Shown here piece by piece: positions 17,956 through 27,129 of a DNA stretch of 64,000 nt. The stretch is from a virus, in the IMG/VR virus record IMGVR_UViG_3300022925_000005; one strand, given 5' to 3'. Within the stretch, counting starts at the first letter, position 1. Each line of letters opens with the position of its first letter. The notes beneath the pieces are model-generated. The model ran no database searches, had not been told where the DNA came from, and was given only the letters and a program-made list of their open reading frames with translations. The translations under genes and the position numbers were made by a program.

Positions 17956-19737
17956 CTATCCATCACAACTTAAACATTCCGGGTCCATTGCTTGTGTTGC
18001 AATATCACCTCTGAGTACTGATTCAGTTCTCATATAATATAACGTCTTTACACCTTGCTTCCAAGCTTCCATCGTTACCTGATTTATCCACTTTGGAGAT
18101 GCGGTTGATGGGAATGCTAAATTTAATGAAACTGATTGGTCAATATATTGTTGTCTAATACCTGCCTGTCTTACCAAATCCAATTGATTAATTTCTTTGA
18201 ACGTTTTAAATACACTCTTAATAGTGAATGTTTTATCATTTTCAGTTTCATCTACATCAGATAACTTAATCACCTTACCATTCAAATAACACCATTCATC
18301 CAATTCTGAGATATCTTGTATTGAACCACCATCAGCCATAATCTTATCCCAAATTTCTTTGGTATTGATTCCAACTTTTCGTAGAACCTTTTCCAACTCT
18401 TTATTCTTACGAATAAACGTTCCTTTAGCAGTTTGTTCAGTAAATATATTAGCCGCCCAAGGTTCAATTCCAGCTGATACATCACCACTCAATTTAGAGT
18501 TAGATACAGTTGGTGCAATTGCTCTAAGGTGAGTATTTCTCATCCCACTATCTCTACACCATAATGGTTCTCCATATTCATCTGCCATATCTCTACTCGC
18601 TCTTTCAGATTCAATCTTTAGTTGAGAGAAAATCTTACGAGTTTCAAATTGTGCAGTCATACCTTCAAATGGAATACCATTCTTTTGTAAGTAAGTGTGC
18701 CACCCTAATACACCCAATCCTAATGCTCTACCTTTTTCAGCAGAACGTACCGAATTTTCAAAACCCTTTAGGTTCTTAGCCTTTTGAATGAATTCTGAAA
18801 GAACCCCATCTAAGAACCAAGTTGCGGTATAAACTAAATCAGTATCTTTCCACTCATCGTATTTAGCCACATTTAGTGAAGAAAGACAACACACAAATGA
18901 ATGTGATTCATCGGTATGTAAGGTGATTTCAGAACAAATGTTAGTCATATGAACTTTCAATCCATTTTGCTTATATGGTTCTGGGTTTTGTTTGTTTACA
19001 TTCCCTTTGTACATAATATAAGGTTCACCAGTTGCTTTACGTTTCTGAAGTAATTTACCCCATTTTCTACGAGCTTCTTCATCACCATTTTCCAACTTTC
19101 TCATAAACTTATCACCCACTACCGCACATTGGTGTAGATTAAGTGATTGTCTATTTACATCACCCTTTGGTTCTCTAATCTCCAACCACTCTTCAAAATC
19201 CTTATGGTCAATATTTAGGTTAACCGATGCTGCACCTCTACGAACTGAACCTTGATTGGTTGCAAGGATTGTTGAATCGTAGATTTTAGCGAATGGAATT
19301 ACACCATCAGATGTACCATTTCCAGTAATAGGTGCCCCAGCTGGTCTGATTTGGTTGATACCAATACCAACTCCTCCACCATGTTTTGCCAATAGCATCA
19401 ATTCTAAGTTTTTGCTACCAATATCGTAGATTGAATCAGCTACATCAATTCCGAAGCAAGAAATAGGTAATCCCCTATCGGTACCAGTATTTGAAAGTAC
19501 AGGTGTAGCAAGATTCAACCAACCTTTCCAAATGTAATCAAAAAACTTCGATGCCATTTGTGGTTTATTTAAACGTTGAGCAACTTTTGTTGCTACACGC
19601 CAATACGCATCCTTTGGTTTTTCATCATTGATTAAATACCCCTTAGAAATTGTTTTTACATATATTTCGGTGTTAGCCCATTCAGGGAAATCCACACCTA
19701 ACTCCCAACCTAAATCTTCTCCGTAATTCTTAGCCAT
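17956..19737 (-). CDS. nrdA: Ribonucleotide reductase class Ia alpha subunit (short form, no ATP cone)
   Basis: ATPV, SCF, GGGVG, TNICSEI (NxCxE), APT, DQSVS, KTLYY, C-terminal CLSC. Confidence 0.95.
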   Translation of the reverse strand: MAKNYGEDLGWELGVDFPEWANTEIYVKTISKGYLINDEKPKDAYWRVATKVAQRLNKPQMASKFFDYIWKGWLNLATPVLSNTGTDRGLPISCFGIDVADSIYDIGSKNLELMLLAKHGGGVGIGINQIRPAGAPITGNGTSDGVIPFAKIYDSTILATNQGSVRRGAASVNLNIDHKDFEEWLEIREPKGDVNRQSLNLHQCAVVGDKFMRKLENGDEEARRKWGKLLQKRKATGEPYIMYKGNVNKQNPEPYKQNGLKVHMTNICSEITLHTDESHSFVCCLSSLNVAKYDEWKDTDLVYTATWFLDGVLSEFIQKAKNLKGFENSVRSAEKGRALGLGVLGWHTYLQKNGIPFEGMTAQFETRKIFSQLKIESERASRDMADEYGEPLWCRDSGMRNTHLRAIAPTVSNSKLSGDVSAGIEPWAANIFTEQTAKGTFIRKNKELEKVLRKVGINTKEIWDKIMADGGSIQDISELDEWCYLNGKVIKLSDVDETENDKTFTIKSVFKTFKEINQLDLVRQAGIRQQYIDQSVSLNLAFPSTASPKWINQVTMEAWKQGVKTLYYMRTESVLRGDIATQAMDPECLSCDG

Positions 19738-19738
19738 T

Positions 19739-20047
19739 TTAATTTTCGTCTTTTACAAATACACCATTTACGGTATTTCCTGTTCTATCTTTAATTTCAT
19801 TCCATGCTGCTTCCAAACATTCAGTTGGATTCAATCCCATTTGATAAGCAAGGATAATTAGGGTAACAAAAGTATCACCAATCCCATCCATAATCTCATC
19901 AGTTTTCTTATTCTTAGCAATGGCACCTGCAGTTTCACCGAGTTCCTCCATCACTTTCATTAGTTGTTTAGGAGCGTTTTCTTGTTTAAGGATATCCTTA
20001 GCATCAGCCCATCCTTTTACGTTATTTATTAATTCGTCAAATGTCAT
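19739..20047 (-). CDS. MazG-like nucleotide pyrophosphohydrolase
   Basis: K..EE.GE...D.IGD motif, EIKDR.G. Confidence 0.85.
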   Translation of the reverse strand: MTFDELINNVKGWADAKDILKQENAPKQLMKVMEELGETAGAIAKNKKTDEIMDGIGDTFVTLIILAYQMGLNPTECLEAAWNEIKDRTGNTVNGVFVKDEN

Positions 20048-20454
20048 TTTAATATTGTATTTTTTAAATTGTAGGTTCCGAATAGTTCTTCACCTTGTTT
20101 AATGGGTTTTATTATCTTCTTTGTTACAGAATCAACATTACCATCCTCTTCCTTTGTATTAACGTATGCCCAAGGATTCGATAAATTAAAATACGAATCT
20201 TTAAACAATCTAAACCAAATAAACGGATATTCTTTTCGATTTTCATATGATTTTAAAATCAAAAATTTAGATGAATCTGGTAATATATTAAATTCATCTT
20301 CCGATACTATATATGATTTAGTTTCACCACCCCATCTGATAAAAACATCCTCACCAACTTCCAAGTCTCTAAGAGCAAAAGTCCCAATGCCATGTGTTGG
20401 TGAGGGTGCTATATCAGTTTTCAAACATTCATTTAAATATGTAAATGGTTTCAT
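20044..20454 (-). CDS. SET-domain protein (putative lysine methyltransferase)
   Basis: SPTHGIGTFALRD+..GE (SET motif I) and IK.GEEL...Y (motif IV); the NHS motif is degenerate (YVNT). Confidence 0.75.
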   Translation of the reverse strand: MKPFTYLNECLKTDIAPSPTHGIGTFALRDLEVGEDVFIRWGGETKSYIVSEDEFNILPDSSKFLILKSYENRKEYPFIWFRLFKDSYFNLSNPWAYVNTKEEDGNVDSVTKKIIKPIKQGEELFGTYNLKNTILK

Positions 20455-20458
20455 ACTA

Positions 20459-20490
20459 CAAATATACGAAATTTATCTCAATTTACCAAA
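20459..20490 (-). promoter_or_regulatory. Bacteroidota sigma-A type promoter
   Basis: TTTG-N20-TATATTTG, ending 4 nt before the SET gene ATG. Confidence 0.8.
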
Positions 20491-20496
20491 GGTTTA

Positions 20497-21492
20497 TTAA
20501 AATAAATCTCCCCAATCTTCACCTTCACCCGCCTTTGAATAATCGGTAGGTCTAACTGCGAAGAAATCGGTATGAGTCAAACCACCAGTTAAGTGATAGA
20601 ACCACTCTAAGTTCTCAGTTTGCTCTTTGTTGTATTCGAAGATGGAATCGTATCCCAACTCCTGTAATTTGGTATTTGCTCTCGCTTTGATAAATTCTTT
20701 CAAATCAGATGATGATAGATTTTCTAAATCACCCATTTCAAACATTTTATCAATGAATTTTGATTCCAACTCAACTATAAGTCTAGCTGCCTCTTCGATA
20801 GATTCTCTACTATCACCTTTAAGTTCAGGAAACTCATTACACATTTCTCTAAACAATTGACAACCCATCTTTGAGTGAAGTGATTCATCTCTAACACTCC
20901 ATTTCATTTGTTGCCCAATACCCTTCAATAGATTTCTCATTTGGAATGAATATAGAACAGCGAATGAAGAGTAAAGTGAAACACCCTCACTAAATGCTGA
21001 GAAGATTGCAAGTGAACGAGCCACTTCCTGTCTAGCTTCAGAATTTTTCTCCAAATCGGTATGTGTCCAATTGTTAGTTGTTGCTGTTAGGAGTTCAAAC
21101 TTCTCAGCTGTTGCAGGTTCATGCAAAAATGCCGAGAAGTCATCCAACCCTAATGTTTCATTTAAATATGAATATGCCGTTGCGTGGATTGTTTCTTGGG
21201 AACCAAACATCATAGCCATCTGCTTAATTTCATGCTTTGGGAACCAATTGGTAACCATCGTAGTCCAATAATCAGATACAGCACATTCAGTTTGAGCAAA
21301 TCCCAAAAGAATGTTACCAACTAAGTTTTTTTCTTCTTTAGTAAGATGTTCGTTCCAATCCTTTACATCACCCTGCATAGGTATCTCAGTATGTAGCCAA
21401 AACGCTTGTGCTTGTTTTAACCAACCCTCAGTATAGTAATCAGGATATTCAAATGGTTTGTAAGGAATTCTTTCTTTAAATAATTTGCTCAT
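20497..21492 (-). CDS. nrdB: Ribonucleotide reductase class Ia beta subunit
   Basis: FW..E, ETIHA.AY, EGVSLYSSF, RDESLH, TDFF..R...Y. Confidence 0.95.
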   Translation of the reverse strand: MSKLFKERIPYKPFEYPDYYTEGWLKQAQAFWLHTEIPMQGDVKDWNEHLTKEEKNLVGNILLGFAQTECAVSDYWTTMVTNWFPKHEIKQMAMMFGSQETIHATAYSYLNETLGLDDFSAFLHEPATAEKFELLTATTNNWTHTDLEKNSEARQEVARSLAIFSAFSEGVSLYSSFAVLYSFQMRNLLKGIGQQMKWSVRDESLHSKMGCQLFREMCNEFPELKGDSRESIEEAARLIVELESKFIDKMFEMGDLENLSSSDLKEFIKARANTKLQELGYDSIFEYNKEQTENLEWFYHLTGGLTHTDFFAVRPTDYSKAGEGEDWGDLF

Positions 21493-21500
21493 AATTGGTT

Positions 21501-21671
21501 TTATTTAGATTCTTCTACTGAAAGTTTTCTATAATCCGTTACCAATTTTTTAATCTCACCAATATGTTTGCGAGCTCTTGATTTAGCTGCTTTGGTTGTT
21601 CCGTTGTGATTTTCTTCGAACGCTACGAATAGTTCTTGAATTTGTTCGAATACTTCTTGCGATGTTGCCAT
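21501..21671 (-). CDS. Histone H1-like protein (Hc1 family, Bacteroidota type)
   Basis: Not in the ORF track (56 aa): MATSQEVFEQIQELFVAFEENHNGTTKAAKSRARKHIGEIKKLVTDYRKLSVEESK; KAA..RARK....+.KL...YRK.SV matches the Hc1 signature. Confidence 0.75.
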   Translation of the reverse strand: MATSQEVFEQIQELFVAFEENHNGTTKAAKSRARKHIGEIKKLVTDYRKLSVEESK

Positions 21672-21862
21672 AAATTTTATTATTTTTAATTGTTAAAGTT
21701 ACCAACCCTTATTTGAGTTGGGTGAATATAACTATCGTATATATTCTAAAATGAATAAATTTTTGATAGTATTTTTTTATAAATTACTTTTTGATATTTT
21801 GAGTACCCATCATAACTCAGGTGTTAAAATACCTTAATTGTAATTTAATAGATTTACAATCA

Positions 21863-23221
21863 CTATCCAAAGTTTTCTACATATTTTTTGTGTAGTAATT
21901 GCTTCTCCATTTCTTGCCCATTTGCCGATTCTTTCTGAGTAATGATTCCATCTGATGAGTTACCATCATAAACCTCAATGAATCCATTATTAGTATCCAT
22001 CTTAGATGGGAATGTAATCCCATCAGGTCCAAAACGATTCTTCATAATGTGGAATCTAGCAGTATTGTTCAATTTATCTTTTGCTTTCCTACTGATACTC
22101 ATAATGAAATCTGCGTTCATTACCTTAGCGTAAGAATCCGCTATCTTGTCAGCTTCAATAACTTCTGAATCAATTGCTGAACGATTGGTTTGGGATGCTG
22201 TCCAAATTGGAATACCCAACTCACCACTTATACCTCTTAACTCAATATATACACCACCCTGCTCACCATAAGTTGAATCGGATTTATTTGTATGAGATAA
22301 TAACAAATCAGCGTAATCAACTATTATCAAATCAGGTTTATTACCCGCTGCTGTCATTTTCTCAATATGTGCTTCTATTTTCTTAGGAGATACACCCTTT
22401 GGTGGATAATACTTAATCAAAAGTTTACCTCTCAGTTTACTAATCTTATCCAATACTATTTCTTTCTTCTCCTTCACATCAGCTGATGGAATTTGAGTAA
22501 AGACGGTATCGTAACGTTGTCCAACATAATGTTCTGAAAGTTCTAATGAGTAGTGTACTACGTTCAATCCGGCTTTTACAGCGGCTGCTCCTAATGCACA
22601 TAATACCCAAGTCTTTCCAACACCAGATGGTGCAACTGCTACTCCCAATTCACCAGGTCCCAAACCACCATCCATTACATCATCAATACATTCCCATCCA
22701 GTTGAAACTGAATTTCTATCAATCTCAGTTGTTCTTTCCTCAAAGTCCAAAAGGTAATCATGTCCCAATTCGGAATCAACTCCCACCTTCATAGCCTTAT
22801 CTACTAAATCTTTGATTCTATCGTAGTTTCCAGCTTTGAGTAAATCAATTGATTCAACAATTGCCTGTTTTAGATTTTGGTTGATACAAAATGATGAAAA
22901 TTCCTTCTTCACATAATCTAAATCGGAATCACCAATTTGTGTGAATACTGATTTTAGTTGCTCAATTACATTTTTTTGAAATCCCTTATCATCCAACTTA
23001 GAAACCTCAACTTTAAATACATCTAACGTTGGTGATTTCTTAAACTCAGTATGATAGTTTATAATCTCCTCAGCAATCCACTTATTTGATTCAGCTTCAA
23101 AAAACTTTGGATGTATAATTTCACTTAATGTATCTAATAAACGAACATCAGCAATCAAAGATGATAACACCTTTGTTTGAAATGATTGTCCGAATTTAGC
23201 AAGAGTATCTATATTTTGCAT
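21863..23221 (-). CDS. Replicative DnaB-like helicase (T4 gp41-like)
   Basis: APSGVGKT Walker A, SLEL, IVDYADLL, TASQ.NR, KNRFG. Confidence 0.93.
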   Translation of the reverse strand: MQNIDTLAKFGQSFQTKVLSSLIADVRLLDTLSEIIHPKFFEAESNKWIAEEIINYHTEFKKSPTLDVFKVEVSKLDDKGFQKNVIEQLKSVFTQIGDSDLDYVKKEFSSFCINQNLKQAIVESIDLLKAGNYDRIKDLVDKAMKVGVDSELGHDYLLDFEERTTEIDRNSVSTGWECIDDVMDGGLGPGELGVAVAPSGVGKTWVLCALGAAAVKAGLNVVHYSLELSEHYVGQRYDTVFTQIPSADVKEKKEIVLDKISKLRGKLLIKYYPPKGVSPKKIEAHIEKMTAAGNKPDLIIVDYADLLLSHTNKSDSTYGEQGGVYIELRGISGELGIPIWTASQTNRSAIDSEVIEADKIADSYAKVMNADFIMSISRKAKDKLNNTARFHIMKNRFGPDGITFPSKMDTNNGFIEVYDGNSSDGIITQKESANGQEMEKQLLHKKYVENFG

Positions 23222-23242
23222 CTATAACCTAATTTGATTTCA

Positions 23243-23274
23243 CAAATATACAATAAATTTGTGATAAAACCTAA
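23243..23274 (-). promoter_or_regulatory. Bacteroidota sigma-A type promoter (variant -33)
   Basis: TTAG-N20-TATATTTG upstream of the helicase. Confidence 0.65.
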
Positions 23275-23275
23275 T

Positions 23276-24322
23276 TTATTTTGTAATAATGTTGTGGAAT
23301 GTTGATTGTAACCAATCATTAATATCCCGCCAATTCTGAAGTACCTTATATTTATTACCCACTTTAAGGAAATCTAACTTATTGAACTGAATATCCTCTT
23401 CAGCAAATCTGTCCAATATTTTCAATTTCTTATTGGTTGGGATATGTGGTTCATCCAACTCCATTAATCTCTTATTCATCAAAAGTTGGTCTTTTGCTTC
23501 TAAGATATCATTATAAAGTTTAATCTTACCACTCTTCTCCTCACACATTTGGAAGAACTCCTCATGTGTTATAAGCCTATCCTCAGAAAGTTCAGGAAAC
23601 CTCTTTAAAAGAGTTTTAATACCACATCCTCTGATGCCAGGTATGTTATCAGATTTATCACCATCCAATGTACGATACAAAAGTAGGTTTTGAGGCCATA
23701 TTCCAAACTCATCAAATACAACTTGTCTATTATATAGTTTCTTTTTGGTAGGTGAGAACACCAATACCTTATCAGAAACTAATTGTAGAAAATCCTTATC
23801 AGTTGAAACAATAACAACTTCACCATCTAACTCATTCTGAGTATATTGAGTTAAATATGCAATGGTATCATCTGCTTCAATTCCATCATAAACCATAGTT
23901 GATACTGGTAAGTAATCTAAGATATCATTCAACCAAACAAATTGTTGTCTCATTGATAATCTCTCATCTTCCTCACTCATCATCTCACCATAGGTACGAT
24001 TTACTCTAAATCGGTTTTTCTCTCTACCAGCTTTGTATCCTTCGTGAATCTGCTTTCTGGATTTAGAACCATCTTTACCATCGAATGTAACCACAACTCT
24101 CGTTGGGTTAAATTCTCTGATTTGATATCCAATGGATTTGAGTGAACCAATCACCCCACCCGTATGGTCACCATCCTCATTCATTGTGGGGTTGGTTGTC
24201 CAGCTACGGATGAAGGTGTTTAGTCCATCAATAATAAGAACTCTACTGTTCCTTTCTCGAAGGTGATTCGTTTTGTGTTCCTCACTTACTTCGTTGAGGA
24301 TATCTTTGTAGAGTTTTTTCAT
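23276..24322 (-). CDS. 5'-3' exonuclease / RNase H (FEN / T4 rnh-like)
   Basis: IIDG.N, FDG, YKA.R, EADD, STDKD, GDKSDNIPG. Confidence 0.92.
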   Translation of the reverse strand: MKKLYKDILNEVSEEHKTNHLRERNSRVLIIDGLNTFIRSWTTNPTMNEDGDHTGGVIGSLKSIGYQIREFNPTRVVVTFDGKDGSKSRKQIHEGYKAGREKNRFRVNRTYGEMMSEEDERLSMRQQFVWLNDILDYLPVSTMVYDGIEADDTIAYLTQYTQNELDGEVVIVSTDKDFLQLVSDKVLVFSPTKKKLYNRQVVFDEFGIWPQNLLLYRTLDGDKSDNIPGIRGCGIKTLLKRFPELSEDRLITHEEFFQMCEEKSGKIKLYNDILEAKDQLLMNKRLMELDEPHIPTNKKLKILDRFAEEDIQFNKLDFLKVGNKYKVLQNWRDINDWLQSTFHNIITK

Positions 24323-24576
24323 TATGTTGTTGTTGTTGTATAACCATTACCATTAACCAATCCAACCTGTGTAGGGGATAGGTACTTTTCAATTGCTTCC
24401 AATCTATCATCTGCATCTACCAACATCTGAAGTGCTTCTTCAGCGTTATCGTAGAAATCTTTTGTAGAATGGTCACCAATTCCAGCGGGATGGTTTTCCA
24501 ACAACTCCAACGTAAGGAGTGCCTTTGCTCTATCAGCTTCCGCTGATGTGCGTAACATATTTGCTAATTTACTCAT
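24322..24576 (-). CDS. Conserved hypothetical phage protein
   Basis: 84 aa with P.GIG.H motif, common in T4-like phages. Confidence 0.65.
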   Translation of the reverse strand: MSKLANMLRTSAEADRAKALLTLELLENHPAGIGDHSTKDFYDNAEEALQMLVDADDRLEAIEKYLSPTQVGLVNGNGYTTTTT

Positions 24577-24595
24577 AACTTATTATTTTTTAATT

Positions 24596-25717
24596 TTAAT
24601 CTCCAATAACTTGGTCATCTACTACTAAGTTATCCAAATCTTCAGCTGCTGATTTATATTCTCTGATTGTTGCTTCACATATTTTGTTATAAATCTGCTC
24701 TTCCAACTCTTTGTTGTTTTGTAACAACTCAGGGAAATCTTTAGCTTGGAATTTGTGTTCCTCACCAGTTTCAGTATCAATGTAAGTGTACCAAGCTCCA
24801 CCCTGTTTAAGAATACCATTCTCTTTCATAACAGCCAACCATGCTCCATAATTATCAATACCTCTATCGAACATTATTTCAAAATCAGCGTGTCTAAGTG
24901 GTGGTCCCATTCGGTTTTTAACAACCTGTGCTCTTACCTTAATACCAACGATTCTATCAGTACCATTTACCTTCGCCTTAATCGTTCCCATACTCTTCAA
25001 TCTCAAACGAACCGATGCGTGGAAAGCGATTGCTTTACCACCACTCGTAGTCCAAGGGTCAGAGAATGGCATTGCGTTCATCTTCTGTCTCAACTGATTT
25101 GTGAAAACCAATGTGATTTTCTGTCTACCAATTAAGTTAGTGATTTTACGCATTGCCTTTGAGATAATAATTGCCTTATCGGTAGCATATCCATCTTTAC
25201 CATAATCTGCATCCATCTCCTTTTCAGTTGATGCTGCTGCAACTGAATCTACTACGATAGTTACGAGTCTATCTTTCGATGCTACTCTCACCTTTTCAAT
25301 AATAGTTTCAGTATATTCGAAACATTGTTCTACTGTCTCAGCTGCTACATATAGTAATTTAGATACATCCACACCGATTACTTCTAAGAACTCTTTACTT
25401 ACTGCGTTCTCAGTATCAATTAGTACTGCAAGTCCACCTTTCTTTTGTGTTTCCGCAAGGAGGTGAGCTGATACTAATGATTTTCCAGATTGTTCAAGTC
25501 CAGTAATCTCTGCGATTCTACCAACAGGGAATCCACCATAAGGTCTATTCGAAATGGCAACGTCTAGCATTGATGCTCCAGTTGAAACCCAATCAGATAC
25601 ATCGGTAGGAGAATCTCCCCCATCCAAAAAGAATGCTACCTTTTGGTCTTTTGCTTGTTTGTTAAGAGATTCGGCAAGTAAACTTGCCAAATCATCTTCT
25701 TTTGTCTTTTTTGCCAT
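24596..25717 (-). CDS. RecA/UvsX recombinase
   Basis: G.EQSGKS Walker A, DTE, VVDSVAA, FTNQ.R, SGG.A..F.ASVRL, KNR. Confidence 0.95.
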   Translation of the reverse strand: MAKKTKEDDLASLLAESLNKQAKDQKVAFFLDGGDSPTDVSDWVSTGASMLDVAISNRPYGGFPVGRIAEITGLEQSGKSLVSAHLLAETQKKGGLAVLIDTENAVSKEFLEVIGVDVSKLLYVAAETVEQCFEYTETIIEKVRVASKDRLVTIVVDSVAAASTEKEMDADYGKDGYATDKAIIISKAMRKITNLIGRQKITLVFTNQLRQKMNAMPFSDPWTTSGGKAIAFHASVRLRLKSMGTIKAKVNGTDRIVGIKVRAQVVKNRMGPPLRHADFEIMFDRGIDNYGAWLAVMKENGILKQGGAWYTYIDTETGEEHKFQAKDFPELLQNNKELEEQIYNKICEATIREYKSAAEDLDNLVVDDQVIGD

Positions 25718-25729
25718 TAAGTTTTAGGA

Positions 25730-26545
25730 TTATGAGTTAAATAAATCGTCAAATGCGTTTGCTACATCATCCAACTTCTTTCTATCTTCTACCGCTGGTG
25801 CTGCTTGTGGAGCAGGTGCCGCCGGAGTTGATTGTGGAGTTGATGGAGCTGAAAGTGATTGTTGTGATACACTTTCTTGTGCACCTTCTGCTGTTGGGTT
25901 TAACCAACCTTCCAACACACCTTTCAATTCATCGTAAGATAACTCTGAATAGATATCGGTAATGTTTGTCTGTCCATCCAACAATTGTTTAACCTGCGCC
26001 TCATCATTTGTGATAGGAGTTTGTGATGGTTTAACACGAATGGTAGTTACAGGATAAGATGTTCCTGCATCTTCAGCTGATGTGTACTCAATAGTAATAT
26101 CTCTACCAGTTGTTGGGTCAGTAATATCACCATAATCCGGGTCAGCGATGTAACCTAAGATTTCTTGGTAAACAGTTTTACCGAATCCCCAAAATTTGAT
26201 TCCTTCACCTTCTTCACCACGAACAAGAACAGGTACAAATGTACGGAGTTTTGGTTCCATTTTCTTTGCGGCTTTCCAATCTTCTTTATCACCCATACGC
26301 TTCAATTTATCAGCGAATTCTACGATAGGGTCAGGACGCCCGAACGATGATGGAGATAAGTAAGTTTTGTTGTTGATGTTGTAGTGAAAATACAATTCAA
26401 TGAATGGATTCTCTTTGTTGAATAGGTAAGGTACGATTCGTACTTGATGTTTACCAGGAGTTGGTTTCCAAAGGTTACTTTTTGAGTTTCCAGTGTTTTG
26501 TAGTTTGTTCAGTCTACCTCTGATTGCGCTCAAATCTAGTGCCAT
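25730..26545 (-). CDS. Single-stranded DNA-binding protein (T4 gp32-like)
   Basis: WKP..G...RI+P, WGFGK..Y, D...G.D, acidic/aromatic C-terminus FDDLFNS; adjacent to the recombinase. Confidence 0.85.
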   Translation of the reverse strand: MALDLSAIRGRLNKLQNTGNSKSNLWKPTPGKHQVRIVPYLFNKENPFIELYFHYNINNKTYLSPSSFGRPDPIVEFADKLKRMGDKEDWKAAKKMEPKLRTFVPVLVRGEEGEGIKFWGFGKTVYQEILGYIADPDYGDITDPTTGRDITIEYTSAEDAGTSYPVTTIRVKPSQTPITNDEAQVKQLLDGQTNITDIYSELSYDELKGVLEGWLNPTAEGAQESVSQQSLSAPSTPQSTPAAPAPQAAPAVEDRKKLDDVANAFDDLFNS

Positions 26546-26662
26546 AATTTTTAAAATTTTAAGTGTTTAAATTATTTAATGGTTTTATTTTGGTGTCTTT
26601 CCTACACCTTATATAAATATCAAGAAACCTAATTTTAAGAGGGTCTCTCTCCATTTGTTATA

Positions 26663-26694
26663 CAAATATACGAAATAAAATTGATACTACCAAA
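26663..26694 (-). promoter_or_regulatory. Bacteroidota sigma-A type promoter
   Basis: TTTG-N20-TATATTTG upstream of the gp32-like SSB. Confidence 0.8.
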
Positions 26695-26701
26695 TTTATT
26701 T

Positions 26702-26980
26702 TTACTTTTTTTCATTGATAAAAAAGTCATGCAAAAAGATAGGTGTTTTTTCTCCCACATAGGTGTTGAAAACATTGAATTCAGCATAATCGATTGCATC
26801 AATCATTTCCAACTCTAACTCGTTTATCAGAATCTGAATCACCTTTTCTCTTGAATAGAATACAATACCAGTATCCTCCTGAATTCCTATGATTGCATTA
26901 TCGAATCCTTCTGCAAGAACCAATTCATCCCAATACTCAACTGCTGCATCTAAATCTACTGAAGTACTCATCTCTTTCAT
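26702..26980 (-). CDS. Conserved hypothetical phage protein
   Basis: GFD.AIIG...Y...K....L...A..Y..FN....YVGE.TPIF motif. Confidence 0.7.
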   Translation of the reverse strand: MKEMSTSVDLDAAVEYWDELVLAEGFDNAIIGIQEDTGIVFYSREKVIQILINELELEMIDAIDYAEFNVFNTYVGEKTPIFLHDFFINEKK

Positions 26981-26993
26981 ATTTTGTTGAATA

Positions 26994-27025
26994 CAAATAT
27001 ACGAAATATTTTTGATATAAACAAA
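26994..27025 (-). promoter_or_regulatory. Bacteroidota sigma-A type promoter
   Basis: TTTG-N20-TATATTTG upstream of the 92-aa ORF. Confidence 0.8.
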
Positions 27026-27026
27026 T

Positions 27027-27053
27027 AAAGGGGAGAATTTCTTCCCCCCTTTT
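27027..27053 (-). terminator. Intrinsic terminator hairpin downstream of the endolysin
   Basis: aaaggggagaatttcttcccccctttt: GC-rich stem flanked by A/T runs. Confidence 0.65.
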
Positions 27054-27056
27054 GTT

Positions 27057-27128
27057 TTACCACATTTGTAGTGTTTCGAAAAAAGCTACTTGTAGTTTAC
27101 ACCACAATACTCTTAATTTATGTTTCAT
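27057..27128 (-). CDS. Possible 23-aa peptide downstream of the endolysin
   Basis: MKHKLRVLWCKLQVAFFETLQMW begins 1 nt after the amidase stop and ends just before the terminator. Confidence 0.35.
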   Translation of the reverse strand: MKHKLRVLWCKLQVAFFETLQMW

Positions 27129-27129
27129 C

